NCBI RefSeq assembly: GCF_964355755.1
Contig: NC_092674.1
Span: 20,460,001-20,524,000 of the forward strand
Direction of reading: 5' to 3'
Source: Antedon mediterranea
Lineage: Eukaryota; Animalia; Echinodermata
DNA length: 64,000 bases
Shown one piece after another: positions 1-9,972 of this stretch (position 1 is the first letter of the stretch; each line of letters begins with the position of its first letter). The position numbers were made by a program, and so were the translations under genes. The notes beneath the pieces were generated by a model that did no database searches, was not told the DNA's origin, and saw only the letters and a program-made list of their open reading frames with translations.

Positions 1-640
1 AGGGCGATAAAATATTTGTATCAATGCCTCCCTCTCTGTCATTTCCTTTTTTCGAGGTACAGAGTACAGTATTATAGATTCATTGATAGTTGTTGATAGT
101 CATTTCTCAAACAATACCACACAGATAAAAATATAAATATTTTGTTTTATTCAGCTGTATTTCAATTTACACACACATTTATATTGCATTCGATGAATGT
201 TTGCAAATCATTGTTTTAGACCGGCAGCCCAGAGACATTTGGTTAGATGAGCTAGGTACCAATATCTGACTATTTGAGTGTGTTGGGGGTCACTTGAAGT
301 GAATGAAAATGGGAGTCTGTCGGGTACCCCCTGCTGCGTCTAGACCGGGGGGACCCCGAAACGTGCTAAAAAATCGGCACAGGTTAGATGAGAGAGATAC
401 CACCTAATTTTACCACCATGGGATGCCCATTGGCATCCTTATAACAGTATCACAAACGACAGACTTTTTCTCTGCTGCAAAAGGCCCGCCAGACCCCCCG
501 GGGGAGGGCCTAAAATGGGGTTAGCATAGATGAGTGAGGTACCACTCAAAATCAATTCCAAACGAACAAGTTGTGTTCATACAACACTAAATGGATAACA
601 ACAGACTAATTGTCTGCTGCACCGCAAGTGCCAGACACCC

Positions 641-1180
641 TAAAGTTAGACTAGAGGCCCCCCTTCCCCCAACTAACCCAGCTTAGATATTGTAGATACC
701 ACCAGCAACCAATGTTATATGATTTAGCACATTGTAAGCAATACCAAATGACCTATTACAGACTATCTGAACACTGCCCTGGCCCTGGCAGACCCCTCTA
801 AAGTTAGACTAGAGACCCTCTTTCCCCAACTAGCCCAGCTTAGATATTGTAGATACCACCAGCAACCAATGTTATATGATTTAGCACATTGTAAGCAATC
901 ACCAAATGACCTATTACAAACTATCTGTACACTGCCTTGACCCTGGCAGACCCCTCTAAAGTTCGACTAGAGACTCCATTCCCCCAACTGGCCTAGCTTA
1001 GATATTGTTGATACCACCAGCAACCAATGTTATAATTATGATTTAGCACATTGTAAGCAATACAAAATGACCTATAACAGACTATCTGTACACTGCCTTG
1101 GCACTGGCAGACCCCTCTAAAGTTCCCCCATTTACCCCAAGTATATAGCCTACCTTAGATATTGTAGATACCACCAGCAG
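641..1180 (+). repeat. Subterminal tandem repeat, ~159-bp unit, ~3.5 copies (left arm)
   Basis: TAAAGTT unit starts at 641, 799, 957 and 1118, with shared TTAGATATTGTAGATACCACCAGCAACCAATG blocks. Confidence 0.9.
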
Positions 1181-1714
1181 CAAAAAAATAACCACCCAAA
1201 ACAACATGTTTAATTGAATAAAGTTTAACTTTAATCGAACTAACACAAAACAATTGAAAATATATCACATCAATGACGATAAAATGACCATTACCATTCT
1301 AAAGGGGAAAATAGTTTAAGAGTTTCAATTAAAACTTATATATTATAAGCCAAATATATATAACAAGTATGGATTCGGGTAAATTTAGAATTCCTTTCCT
1401 TTGGATGTCAAAGATACATCCGTCTGTAACTCTTGGACATATTTTGAGAGAAAGCTTAGTAATCACCCTAATCAAATTCAGGATTGTAGTAACTTAATCT
1501 TAAGTGATTTGATTAATTAATAGTGGGTAATTTTAAATGCTGTATATTATAATCTTAATCCTGTATTCATATGTATATATATATATTTATAAATCCAAAG
1601 GCAAATTACTGAAAAAATGACAATGCTGTGGGTATCAGTGGCTGGATCTCAATGGAGATACAAAAAAAAGCGAAAAGCTAAATCAAAACGATAAAGTAAA
1701 ACGCCAGAAAAGTT

Positions 1715-1756
1715 AGCAGAGCTTTCGCGCAACACTAGCCCTTCATCAGTGCAAGT
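1715..1756 (-). ncRNA. Minimal type I hammerhead ribozyme in inverted pLTR
   Basis: Minus strand: ACTTGCA-CTGATGA-A-GGGC-TAGTGTT-GCGC-GAAA-GC-TC-TGC. The core is intact, with one stem II mismatch. Confidence 0.75.
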
Positions 1757-2211
1757 CTTATATAGATGCGTTGAGGCTGCAAACGTGCTCAATTGGAATC
1801 AAGAGCGAATATATATTTTTATAAAGTAGATGGAACACGGACGTCTATTACACGGTGTTTCACGTTAAACGATCTTCAGATAGACTGAACAATACCGTAT
1901 CTCGATCGAAAAAAATATAAAAAAAAAAATTATAAATATATATAATTTTTTTTTATGTACTTTATTTATGTAGATATGTAGTACTGTATCTATTAAAAAA
2001 GGTATTTGAACAAAATTAGAGATCTCAATGAGATCCAAATTGACAATTGCCGCAAAATCCTCACTGAGTTTGACGTTGAAATTCACTCTAGAACTAAGAA
2101 GTTGAAAAGAGAACTTCCTGCATCGATCCTAGTTTCAAAACAAATTCAGGATTATCGCCAATGACTGCCGTAAACAATCAACGGTAATGGCCCGAAGGGA
2201 ACATCACAAAT

Positions 2212-3778
2212 TTGGTCTACCATGCAGACTTGGTCATTTCAACACAAATGACTCTACCTTCGGATGACTTCAGGGCTTTTAGGAAACCCTGCAGAAGGTT
2301 CGTTGGGACATATAACAAGAATCAGAGCAACACCTCTGATTCAGTTGTTGAAATTAATTGTCGACTTTCCGAAGGAGAGAAAAAACTTCCTTCCCGAGGA
2401 CTTAAATTCTGCCCAAAACCAAGGCAGGTCGGCGGACAACAACTATCTTTGGATATAGAGTCTTTTTCTAGAAGATTACGATTACGTGAATATTTTGCTG
2501 ATTCAGACAGCAGCACCACGCAAAACGAAGGCAACGTTAACAAGTTTAAACCAAAAAGTTCCTGGAATCCACCTAAAAATCGTTGTCCAGCTTTAGAAAC
2601 ATTTATCCAGGCTATTGAGGAGGATGTACAAAACTACGCCCCGAGTCCAGATAAACGTGACAATCTCAAAACAAGAGAGGCAGGCCATTGCCAAATTGCG
2701 TCAGCGTAATGATATCATCATTAAACCCGCTGATAAAGGTTCTGCCACTGTTGCTATGGACATCAAATTTTATTAAGAGGAATCCTTAAGACAGCTTCAT
2801 TATATATCGTAAACTCACAACGGAACCCACCCCGGAAATTGCGGATAAGGTGGCAAAATCTGTTTCTGTGATGGTAAAAAAAAACACTCCATCGATCCTA
2901 AGATTTACAGTTACCAAATCCACTAGTAGCGTTGATTTTGTGGACACTATAGTGACCATAGAAAATGGTACTCTCAAAACTGACCTATTCCGTAAATCCA
3001 CTGATAAAAATATGTACCTGCTCCCTAGCAGTTGTCATCCCCAACATTGTACTAAAAACATACCGAACAGTAAAGCATTACCTATCAGACGTATCTGTTC
3101 TTCAGATTTAGATTTTCAGAATCGTACCGAAGAACTAACCGGACATCTCCGGAGTAGAAATTACAAACCTATCAACCTAGGTTGCCTCCATTACGGGGCT
3201 ATTAATTTATTGAGAAACATATGCCCATTCTACAGTCCACAGAACGTCTCAGGACTGTTTTTCCGGAACCACCCATTATTGCATTTCGTAGACCTCCCAA
3301 CCTTCGTGATATATTAGTCAGATCCAAATGTAAGAGTGAAATTAACTCTCATGACAGTCAAAATTTGGGCAGTCACCTTTGCGGCAAATCTTGCAAAACT
3401 TGTTCATTGGTTGATTCTACTGAAAAATTTAGGAGTAACCAAACTGGCCGCATTTTTCGGATAAGACAATCAATTAATTGTCTAACCAAAAACGTCATTT
3501 ATCTCAATATTTGTGGCAAACAGTACGTCGGAGAAACAAAAAACACTCTCCGTATGAGAATGACACAACACAGATCAGCTATCAACACATTAAAGCTTGT
3601 TCAACCTGTAGCCGAACATTTTAATTCATCTGGTCACAAATTTCAGAGTTATTGCAATATTCCATGTGTCAAATGGAGCGACAAAACTTGCAAAGACAAG
3701 GAAAACCACTGGGAATTACAACTTAAACCCACAAAACCTTTTGTACTTAACATTAGAAACATACTCCCAGGTTGGTAA
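2212..3778 (+). pseudogene. PLE polyprotein pseudogene (N-terminal/DKG region + RT thumb + GIY-YIG endonuclease; RT catalytic core deleted)
   Basis: ORFs 2212-2709, 2850-3317 and 3221-3778 join through frameshifts and stops. No YxDD-bearing RT core lies between the DKG motif and the thumb (junction near 2880). Confidence 0.85.
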
Positions 3779-3834
3779 AATTATTCCATTGTCTACCTAA
3801 ATTTAAGTTTCACTATTAACCACCATTTAAGCTG

Positions 3835-3958
3835 TTTTTAGTCGCGTGGACGCGACTCTATAGTTCACTATGTCGGCGGTCGGTCGGTCTGTCGGTCTGT
3901 CTGTCGGTCCGGTATCACTATGCGTTTTAGCACGCGACTTATGGCTGTTGGCCATGTT
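3835..3958 (+). mobile_element. DINE-1/HINE-like non-autonomous Helentron element (short form)
   Basis: 5' T-run, then the AGTCGCGTGGACGCGACT palindrome, a (GTCG/GTCT)n microsatellite, a second ACGCGACT near the 3' end and a GGCTGTTGGCC 3' hairpin. It is inserted in a T-run with no TSD; the empty site is visible at 31085-31095. Confidence 0.8.
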
Positions 3959-4105
3959 TAGTTTCATTCCAAAATTGTTTATACTGTATCTCTACCAAGC
4001 TACCTTCTTTGTTTTCTACTCTTATTCAGACTCCACCCTGTCTCCTTTTGTTGTATTTCTTTTATTCCTGTCCACCCAGGCAGCACTTGCCAGCTCTTAT
4101 CCTTC

Positions 4106-4148
4106 ACTTGCAATGATGAAGGGCTAGTGTTGCCCGAAAGCTCTGCTA
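4106..4148 (+). ncRNA. Minimal type I hammerhead ribozyme in 3' pLTR (core mutated)
   Basis: ACTTGCA-ATGATGA-A-GGGC-TAGTGTT-GCCC-GAAA-GC-TC-TGC, with C3>A in the CUGANGA box (4113). Confidence 0.65.
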
Positions 4149-4369
4149 ACGTTTCTGGCTGTTTTACTTTATCCTTTTGATTTAGCTTTTCACTTTTTTT
4201 TTTGTATCTCCATTGAGATTCAGCCACTGATACCCACAGCATTGTCATTTTTTCAGTTATTTGCCTTTGGATTTATATATATAAATATATATAGAGGATT
4301 AAGATTATAATATACAGCATTTAAAATTACCAACTATTAATTAATCAAATCACTTTGGATTAAGTTACT

Positions 4370-4560
4370 ACAATCCTGAATTTGATTAAGGTGATTACTA
4401 AGCTTTCTCTTAAAATAGGTGCAAGAGTTACAGACGAATGTATCTTTGACATTCAAAGGCAAGGAATTCCAGATCCTCACAATTCTTCGCAGGAATGCTA
4501 AATTTACTCGAATCCGTACTTGTTTATATTTGGCTTATATAAGTTTGAAGTGAAACTCTT
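4370..4560 (-). pseudogene. CR1/L2-type LINE ORF2 C-terminal remnant inside the right arm (mirror copy at ~1320-1485, with a ~30-bp deletion)
   Basis: Minus strand reads AFLRRIVRIWNSLPLNVKDTFVCNSCTYFKRKLSNHL, the WNxLP...FKxxL motif of CR1-group ORF2 ends. Confidence 0.65.
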
Positions 4561-4696
4561 AAACTATTTTTCCCTTTAAAATGGTAATGGTCATTTTATC
4601 GTCATTGATGTGATATATTTTCAATTGTTTTGTGTTAGTTCGGTTAAAGTTAAACTTTATTCAATTAAATATGTTGTTTTGGGTGGTTTTTTTTTT

Positions 4697-5241
4697 GCTG
4701 CTGGTGGTATCTACAATATCTAAGGTAAGCTATATACTTGGGGTAAATGGGGAAACTTTAGAGGGGTCTGCCAGTGCCAAGGCAGTGTACAGATAGTCTG
4801 TTATAGGTCATTTGGTATTGCTTACAATGTGCTAAATCATAATTATAACATTGGTTGCTGGTGGTATCTACAAGATCTAAGCTAGGCCAGTTGGGGGAAT
4901 GGAGTCTCTAGTCGAACTTTAGAGGGGTCTGCCAGGGCCAAGGCAGTGTACAGATAGTTTGTAATAGGTCATTTGGTGATTGCTTACAATGTGCTAAATC
5001 ATATAACATTGGTTGCTGGTGGTATCTACAATATCTAAGCTGGGCTAGTTGGGGAAAGAGGGGTCTCTAGTCTAACTTTAGAGGGGTCTGCCAGGGCCAG
5101 GGCAGTGTTCAGATAGTCTGTAATTATAGGTCATTTGGTATTGCCTACATGTGCTAAATCATATAACATTGGTTGCTGGTGGTATCTACAATATCTAAGC
5201 TGGGTTAGTTGGGGGAAGGGGGGCCTGTAGTCTAACTTTAG
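4697..5241 (-). repeat. Subterminal tandem repeat, ~159-bp unit (right arm, inverted copy)
   Basis: Reverse complement of 641-1180; repeated TTGGTTGCTGGTGGTATCTACAATATCTAAG blocks. Confidence 0.9.
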
Positions 5242-5774
5242 GGTGTCTGGCACTTGCGGTGCAGCAGACAATTAGTCTGTTGTTATCCATTTAGTATTGT
5301 ATGAACACAACTTGTTCGTTTGGAATTGATTTTGAGTGGTACCTCACTCATCTATGCTAACCCCATTTTAGGCCCTCCCTCGGGGGGTCTGGCGGGCCTT
5401 TTGCAGCAGAGAAAAAGTCTGTCGTTTGTGATACTGTTATAAGGATGCCAATGGGCATCCCATGGTGGTAAAATTAGGTGGTATCTCTCTCATCTAACCT
5501 GTGCCGATTTTTTAGCACGTTTCGGAGTCCCCCCGGTCTAGACGCAGCAGGGGGTACCCGACAGACTCCCATTTTCATTCACTTCAAGTGACCCCCAACA
5601 CACTCAAATAGTCAGATATTGGTACCTAGCTCATCTAACCAAATGTCTCTGGGCTGCCGGTCTATTTGTGATATAAGTATAATAAACATTCGAGTAGAGT
5701 ATAATAGGTCTGTTGATAAAGTATACCTGGTCTTACATTTACGACAAAGTCTAGGCTTAATACCATATTGTAAG

Positions 5775-6020
5775 TGTTTTTTACTTTCTGTAAAATAAAA
5801 TTTGTTTAAATATCATTAAATGATCACATTTCAAATTGCAAAAGTATGCATAACAGTTCTTTCCAAATTCTATATCATTAATTTGGCCAATTTAAAAAAT
5901 AACATTTCCAGTCTGAAGTCGGAGATGCTACCTAATCGTGGTAGACTGGTACGTGTCAACATCATTGGCATCAACACAAAATGGTACCAAGGATGGCTAA
6001 CAGCATCACGCTTAACCCAT
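5775..6020 (+). repeat. Dispersed direct repeat, copy 1 (copy 2 at ~9752-9972)
   Basis: Shares AAATGATCACATTTCAAATT..TTTCCAGTCTGAAGTCGGAGATGCTACC..GATGGCTAACAGCATCACGCTTAACC with copy 2. Confidence 0.85.
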
Positions 6021-6160
6021 TATCAAACAAGGACTGTTTCTTTTTGTTTACTTTACATAAATATAATTTATGCCTATATTTTGAATTCCTTGCAGAACAA
6101 AAAATGTTGAAAAAGAGAAATAATTCTTAATCATAGAAACATGATTAGGCCTATAAGTAA

Positions 6161-6429
6161 AGCCTGGTTTCCATAAAATCGCTACACGACAGAGCGTAGC
6201 GATTCTATGGAAACGCTAGAATGTGTATCGGGGATCTAGTACGCGAGTGCTAAATATTCTTTGGTACGCTTATACGATTCATCGCCGACAAAATCGGCAA
6301 AGTTGAACATGGTTGAACTTTGCCGATTTGACTGCGATGAATCGGGAGCCTTCCCGATTGCGTCGGCGACATCTGCGCGTGTAGCGATTTTAATGGAAAC
6401 GCTGTAGCGATTTTAATAGAAACCAGGCT
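6161..6429. mobile_element. PIF/Harbinger-type MITE
   Basis: TIR AGCCTGGTTTC..GAAACCAGGCT with TAA TSD (6158-6160, 6430-6432) and an internal AAAGTTGAAC..GTTGAACTTT hairpin. Confidence 0.85.
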
Positions 6430-6546
6430 TAACTAGTAACGATGGTTCTCGGAATGACTCGAGTAAAAAGATTTTAAAAGAATGTTTTGTCTTGTTGGAC
6501 GTTTTCGGTCGGTGAATTATTGAAATGCTTGAAATAAAGAAAATTA

Positions 6547-6792
6547 AGCCTGGTTTCCATTAAAATCGCTACAGCGTTTCCATTAAAATCGCTACACGCG
6601 CAGTTGTCGCCGACGCAATCGGGAAGGCTCCCCGCGATTCATTGCAGTCAAATCGGCAACTTTGCCGATTGTGTCGGCGATGAATCGTATACGCGTTCCA
6701 AAGAATATTTAGCGCTCGCGTAATTGATCCCCAATAAATTCTAGCGTTTCCATAGAATCGCTACGCTCTGTCGTGTAGCGATTTTATGGAAA
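6547..6792. mobile_element. Second copy of the same Harbinger MITE, inverted, distal TIR truncated
   Basis: Reverse complement of 6168-6429. Starts TTA|AGCCTGGTTTCC and ends at ..TTATGGAAA without CCAGGCT. Confidence 0.85.
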
Positions 6793-7008
6793 GGCGCATT
6801 GTATATAAGATATCATTACCATAGCAATAAGGCACACTTACGCTCGCGTAAACAATGTATTATTGTGACGTTTATTCTATATCTATGGTAGAGCGTAGAA
6901 TAAACAGACGCCATTTTCTGTTTGATATTTCTCACAGAAGCTCCTTTCAAAAAAGCTCGTAAATTATTTGAATAATACCGATACATTTATAATATCATAC
7001 TAAGAAAT

Positions 7009-9189
7009 ATGATCGGAAGTAACAAGGAAAAGGTCAAGAACATCTTTAATGGTACAATTACTTCAAAAGGTAGTGAACAATATCTTAAATTGCAAATTTT
7101 ATTACACACTTTTCTTATTAAGCCACCACCGCTGATATGATTTCCAAAATCGGTTCATAAGTACCGCGGCACAAAAATGGCCTTTCGGGTGTTGACAGAC
7201 CAAACTTACGCTCACACCAAATAAAATACACCATCGGCATCGTCCACAGCCGCCATATTCTCGCCCACCCAAATTTGTGTTGTATAGGCCTATACCCTAC
7301 TATATATTATGCATACCAAAATTACTCAAAATTTGTATCATTAATTATATTAATATTAGGCCTAGGCCAATTCGCATTGTTTGTATTGTCATTGATTATT
7401 CATTCGAAGTTTGGGGTTTCAGTCACGTCTAATTATGAATTACATTTTTAATTAGCCTGGCCAACGTTATAACTAATCCTAAACATTAATACTAAACATA
7501 TGATATATTGACATGTGATAGATTCTGGAGAATTCCGCAATGTTCGTTCAACGGATGACGGAAAGTCCCATTCTATTAATGACAACAGAAAGAAGCGAAA
7601 ATGGCGAAACTTGAAGTCATTAACATCAGTCATAAGCCACAAAGGTCCAATCAAAATCAAGCGGCCATGGCGGGAAATCAATATTACTAATGAACTGAGA
7701 AGTTCAACAACTACACTGAAGGTGAGTGGTTTTTAGCATTGCATTTTATAGAAAGATTGTACAGTAGACATACAGTAGGATTGTTTCAAAATGTGGACAG
7801 CAGTTTAAGATAAGGTTATACACTGTACATTTTTGTGTTCTTTTCAATACTTTCTTATACTTTTTGTAATATGTCTTATTAGTTAATTTATTTATAGGTT
7901 ATTTATCAATACATAGAAAATACAATAGAAAAAACAGGAAAAATATAAAGAAATTTTATTGTAGAAAAATGAATCTATAAGTCATGTTGTTGAAGAAACA
8001 TTAAAGATGTACCGCGCAGCTTCTAAGATTGACCACTTTCCACAACTTTCTGACAGTAAGTTACAGTACAGTCTTATAATGTAAACTGTATTTCTGTATA
8101 ACCAGGGAAGAGTGAAAACGTTCACTCTTCTCTGTATATAGTGTATATATAATCAATCCAAAGGCAAATTACTTATAATAATGACAATGCTGTGGGTATC
8201 AGTGGCTTGATCTCAATGATGGAGCTACAAAATAATAATATAAGCAAAACGTTAAATAAATCAAAACAATAAACAGCCAACACTTCTTTTTCAATCATGG
8301 CAATTGAGGATGTTTTGTTTGTAAGCCCTAATTTAATCTCGTCTCTCATGTGTAACTTTTTTAAAGACCAAAATGCCATTTTTCAAAATTGTGTTTATTT
8401 TAGGTATCCATGAGGAGAGGCCGAGTTTTGTCTACAGCGACGGAAGTGATACCAATTTATGTGCATCCTCTCGTTCACCAGCTAAGAGTCTTCATGATGG
8501 TAAAAATTTGAATGTAAAAAAAGATATAATAATTACAAATATAGTTCATCTTACTTTTTATTACAGATCTCTATCGCCACTCTCTCGAGCTTCGCGTTGC
8601 AAGAAACGATACGATAGAACCATCCACTCTATCCAGAAGTCTAGGAAATGTTTAAAGACTAACTAACCGTACCGTGGCTGGTGCCAAACCAAACAGAAAG
8701 TTCATACGTACATTTCTGAGTAGTATTAAAGACATTGCTAAGTTTAATTCTGAAAGTATAGCTGGTAAGTATGCATCTCCTAACTGCAAGTCGGAAACCC
8801 AAGAAGTAGGTATAAACATTGATAGACTCTGTAATGAAAACAATGTTAGGCAGTCAACAGCTTCTATTAGCCATACCAGGAGATCCAAACGGGTATGTTT
8901 CAGCACTCGTGACACGCCAGACCTACCGTCAGTTGATGAAATGCTTGATAATGCTGATCAGAGTTGCAGGAGAAAGTTGTCACTGCGTAAGAGGTCCAAT
9001 AGAAGCTGCAGTACCATCATGTTACCAACACTCCTGTATAGCAGCTCAACTAGGAAATTTAAACGAGTGTGTTTTAACATTCACGACACACAAGAGCTAC
9101 CATCAATTGACGACATTTTTTATGCTGATCGGAGTCGTCAAAGAAAAGTGCCACTGCGTAGAAAAGAGAGAGCTGTAGTACCGTCATAA
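7009..9189 (+). CDS. Putative orphan spliced gene or pseudogene encoding a basic, Ser/Arg-rich protein with repeated KRVCF motifs
   Basis: Phase-consistent exons 7009-7051 (or -7069), 7522-7721, 7965-8055, 8404-8499 and 8567-. One in-frame TAA at 8653-8655 precedes the same-frame ORF 8674-9189. A YY1-like GACGCCATTTT lies at 6907. No homology recognised. Confidence 0.4.
8155..8282 (-). mobile_element. Truncated pLTR fragment of the same PLE family
   Basis: AATCCAAAGGCAAATTACT..ATGACAATGCTGTGGGTATCAGTGGCT.GATCTCAATG matches 1592-1655. It abuts (TA)n and lacks the ribozyme. Confidence 0.8.
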
Positions 9190-9751
9190 CACCAACGATC
9201 ATACATAACTCTACTAGACATGATGTAATACTTTATGATGCTGATCGGATTTGCACAAGAAAGTTTCCATTGCGTAAGTAGTTTGATACAGTAAGTCTAC
9301 ATGTTTAGTTAAGGTGCAATATCAGTGGCTAATTGAACTACGGAAGAATTTTAAAACAACATAACGAACATAAATATGAGAAGGATATTTAGTTCTTATA
9401 GATCTAAATTCATTGGCAGACATTAAGGCATGTTATATTCACTAGGTAGTAGTAGGCGTATCCTGTAAGGATGGTATACACCCACGTGTAGGTTTTAACA
9501 TTTATTTGAAATCTTTTGCTACGTAAAAGCAAGGCAACTAAATCCTGAATTGGAAACACACTTTTATCTGTACAGTACACTAGAAAACCTACTACCTCTT
9601 GATAATAGACATGCGAGTAGACATATACTGTAGTATAATGATAACATATTTAATTAGATCTTACTATACTAACGAATAGTAAATTTTACTTTTCGAGATT
9701 ATAGATTAGGCCTACTAATAATCGCATATAATTATTGTTTATAATTATCTG

Positions 9752-9972
9752 ATGTTGTTTTACTTACTGTAAAATGATCACATTTCAAATTACCAAAGTA
9801 AGCCTACAGTTCTTTTCAAATATTATTCCACTAATTTGGCCAATTTGGAAAGAAAAACAAAATTTCCAGTCTGAAGTCGGAGATGCTACCTCATCGTGGT
9901 AGACTGGTGTCAACATCGTTGTTATCAACACAAAATGATACCAAAGATGGCTAACAGCATCACGCTTAACCG
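9752..9972 (+). repeat. Dispersed direct repeat, copy 2
   Basis: Colinear match to 5775-6020. Confidence 0.85.

Larger units (their letters stand above)
1590..4275 (+). mobile_element. Penelope-like retroelement (Neptune type), degenerate, with inverted 5' pLTR and direct 3' pLTR
   Basis: Frameshifted ORF ~2000-3778 contains RGLKFCPKP, IIIKPADKGSATVAMD (PLE DKG motif, 2710-2760), the RT thumb FRKSTDKNMYLLPSSCHP..IRRICS, a CGKSCKTC Zn-knuckle linker and GIY-YIG (NVIYLNICGKQYVGET..RMTQHR). pLTRs lie at ~1590-1756 (-) and ~4106-4275 (+), both abutting (TA)n. Confidence 0.9.
217..5664. mobile_element. Non-autonomous foldback DNA transposon with ~1.5-kb inverted arms (Academ-like termini), carrying a central Penelope-like element
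   Basis: Begins TAGACCGGCAGCCCAGAGACATTT (217) and ends AAATGTCTCTGGGCTGCCGGTCTA (5664). It is flanked by TTT on both sides (214-216, 5665-5667). 217-~1756 is the reverse complement of ~4106-5664. TAG..CTA termini, a 3-bp TSD and long TIRs fit the Academ superfamily; a TA-TSD reading (219-5662) cannot be excluded. Confidence 0.8.

Noticed and set aside
641-1180. Regularly spaced repeats resembling a CRISPR array
   Set aside because: Units are ~159-bp near-identical tandem copies with no unique spacers, in a eukaryotic TE arm with no cas genes.
5905-5950. CCAGTCT..AGACTGG hairpin as a possible ribozyme, SECIS or C/D snoRNA
   Set aside because: No CUGANGA/GAAA pair, no apical AA with a GA quartet, and boxes C/D are not in the right order.
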